Source: Microthyrium microscopicum
Taxonomy: Eukaryota
Reading direction: 5' to 3'
NCBI GenBank assembly: GCA_010405405.1
Contig: MU004241.1
Location: forward strand, 1,027,359 to 1,091,358
DNA: 64,000 nucleotides
Of this stretch, positions 61,560 to 64,000 are shown piece by piece. The position numbers and the translations under genes are program-made. The notes beneath the pieces were generated by a model. The model did not search any database, had not been told where the DNA came from, and worked only from the letters and a program-made list of their open reading frames with translations. Every line of letters begins with the position of its first letter. Position 1 is the stretch's first letter.

Positions 61560-63359
61560 TCAATTGTCCTTGTCGGGCGGTAAACCCACTCCAAAAAGTC
61601 CCATCAAATTGCCTGCTGGTCCAGCCGCGCCTCCCTGTGATTTAAATGCTTCGAGCATATTCTTGACCAGTGTCTCGTCAATTGTGATTTCCGCATCCTC
61701 GTCTTCTTCTTCGTCTCCCAGAACTCCCGCTTCTTTGAGCTCGGCTTTCATGCTGTTCGATACCTCACGAATCTCGTCTGCGTTGACTTCATCCTCCTCA
61801 GCGATCACACGGCCTTTGCCTTTCACGACCGCTCCAGCCTCAGCAGTCGTTTCTTCAGGAGGCATACCCATCATCTGACGCATCGCGCTAGCAAATTCAT
61901 CCTCATCAAAAGAGATCGCCTGGTCCTCGTCCTCATCGCTAGACTCCTCGTCATCTTCCGACCCATCGCTATCGTCATCATCGTCCCAATCCGCGCCATC
62001 CATACCCGATTTGTCATCGTTTAGAAATGCATCAAAACGAGAGACCATTTTCCGAACTTGCTCCTGCGCTTCTTTATCGCCAAAGCCTGCGCCTGGACCT
62101 TTACCTTTATTTTTCCCAGACAGTTCTTTATCAAACTCGTTAAAATCGATATCCATCCATTTCTCGTCATCTTCCTTTTGACTCCACTGCGCAATCTCTT
62201 CGTCTGTGGGGAGGACCTCTTCACCAGCGTCGATATCTTCGAGTATGATCTGCATCTCCCTCACGGCCTTTTTGTTCTGATTTTGGGGATCCCGTATGAG
62301 CATCTCGAAGCCACAACTAAGCTTCATACCAATCTCTGCTTTCGCGAGTGCTTTTGGCGAATCAATGTCGCCAAAACAGCTCTGCCACGACTTTGGTGGC
62401 AGAAATTCTTGGCCTTTGAGTTGTGCAAACCCTACTTTGGTGAATTTGACAGTAGTATCAACAAAGTCTTCAGGCGGAAAGCGTAGATCTTCGGGTTTAG
62501 GTGTGCTGAGTGGCTTGAGAGCAATGGGGTCTCTGATGTAAAACGCTTCGATCGCTGGACTAACATACGTAGGGTCGTGATGAAGAATGTGAGCAATTTT
62601 TCGTGGTATGCGTACCGCAGCATGATGGAATTGTTCTGATATTGCTTTCGGGTAGTTTCGTATGCGGTAGAATGCTTCTTCTTCGATGAGTGGCGATCGC
62701 ACAAGATGTTGCTGATTCCTTTCAATATAAGATATGGCTTCTTTTAGTGAAGGAGACCTTGTTTCTAGTTCTGGTGCTGCTTTCAGTGGAATGATTCGTA
62801 GTCCTCCTGCATGTATCCATACCTATACAAATCAGTAACAGTGAATCTCATTCTGAGACCTTTGCGTACCCGATTTTGGGTTATCTCTGGGCTGATCCAT
62901 TTTGGCAGCATCATTGCAGCTTCAATGAGAAGAAACTCGCCATCTGTGTCGTATACTCGAACCCATATATCTGGATTCTTGAGACTTAGTTCCCTTAGCA
63001 AGTAGACGATGAGCCACTCGTCCGCCACTGAGTCGCCGTAATTTGTACTGCCCCTAAGGGACCAAGTAGCTAGAGCTATTAGCTAAAGACTTGAGAGAGT
63101 TGTATATAAACTCACATATTTCCAGTTCCAAATCAAGCTTGAACTCTTCTCGTTGCCATATATAATCATCCAGCAGATCGTTGACCAGCCGATTGGCTTC
63201 CTTCAAGATTTCTTTCAGTCTCGATACTACTTTTGCTTGTGATAGTGTGGAGTCGATGATATGAATAGCGTATTCGACTGTGTCTTCTGGAAGCCGCTTG
63301 GGAAACCCATCGAAGCCCTCGCCAAACCACTTGAAGCCATCATCTACGCTTGGCTCCAT
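61560..63359 (-). CDS. Ecdysoneless/hSGT1 (SGT1 family) protein, 3 exons
   Basis: YIWQREEF, ADEWLIVYLLRELS, DTDGEFLLIEAA, AFYIRDPI and GMKLSCGFEML motifs; acidic region; SQGGAAGPAGNL C-terminus. Confidence 0.9.
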
Positions 63360-63815
63360 CTCTCTTGGTAGCTTCGACTCTCGATGCTATGTTCGTCTGT
63401 CCAATTTCAACAGTTTTCAGATCAACTTGCTCCAGCAACGCTGTAAAGCCTGTCTGAAGGCAACAACCCGTGAGCAACAAATACACACGAATTGCGACTG
63501 GATAATCTGAGAGAGCGATTGGAATTCCCGCGATTTTCTGTATTTTTTTCTTCTGCGAATACCTAATATATTGAGAAGGGGCAGCAGGATGACATTTTGG
63601 GTGGTCTCGAAATTTAGACGCGGCAAGCGCGGAGCAGGGATCAGTTACCACCTCTAAGCGCCCATGTTTACTTCACGACACCCTGATTTTAGTAAACACC
63701 AAGTCGCGTTTCTCCAAGTTTACCGTCAAACCTGCCTTTCCTCTCCCATTCTTCATGCATTGAGCCGGGTATATCTACAACACTTTCAAAACTTACTTCC
63801 CCTCTCCACTCCACC

Positions 63816-64000
63816 ATGGCGCCTCCCTATCTCGACACGCCTCATACGGAGCGCGCCGACCGAACCCATGCCATCGACATTGAATTCTCCGAAATGCCTT
63901 CTTTCGCGCCTCCTCCTGGCGCCGACGATTTACTGAACGCTGTACGAAATCGGCGCAATAGAAATACGCTCACCACGCCCTCTGCTCGCAATGCGCTGGC
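63816..64000 (+). CDS. 5' part of probable spindle-pole-body protein (Pcp1/PcpA-like), runs off window
   Basis: CCACCATGG start context; MAPPYLDTPHTE...TPSARNAL resembles, from memory, the N-terminus of filamentous-fungal Pcp1 proteins. Confidence 0.5.
   Translation, partial: MAPPYLDTPHTERADRTHAIDIEFSEMPSFAPPPGADDLLNAVRNRRNRNTLTTPSARNAL

Noticed and set aside
1..64000. tRNA, rRNA or CRISPR arrays
   Set aside because: No cloverleaf, rRNA-like or repeat-spacer pattern seen by eye; the sequence is eukaryotic.

Overview
Fungal (filamentous ascomycete, Pezizomycotina-type) nuclear DNA with short GT-AG introns and CTRAY branch points. It holds about 27 protein-coding genes and two AT-rich, RIP-mutated transposon relics: an unclassified block at 1-~960, and a full-length Mutator/MuDR element at 42121-45275 with intact TIRs and a 10-bp TSD. 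Core genes include a malonyl-CoA-synthetase-like ligase, BolA, Dhr2, Kel3, GGPP synthase, a SIN-type Cdc14, RecQ/Sgs1, Erg2, Hsp12, Pkr1, SmD1, Ecd/SGT1 and probably Pcp1. The most unusual observations are: (1) a ~210-nt rod-like RNA hairpin filling the first intron of BolA; (2) a divergent YeeE/YedE sulfur transporter + bacterial-type persulfide dioxygenase pair next to a DUF1275 transporter; (3) a two-gene island of a divergent SNF2 ATPase and an orphan protein; (4) a TGTGGCGACA motif cluster, and a perfect 22-bp inverted repeat inside the RIP-mutated MULE. All exon boundaries were read by eye and family assignments are from remembered motifs, not database searches.
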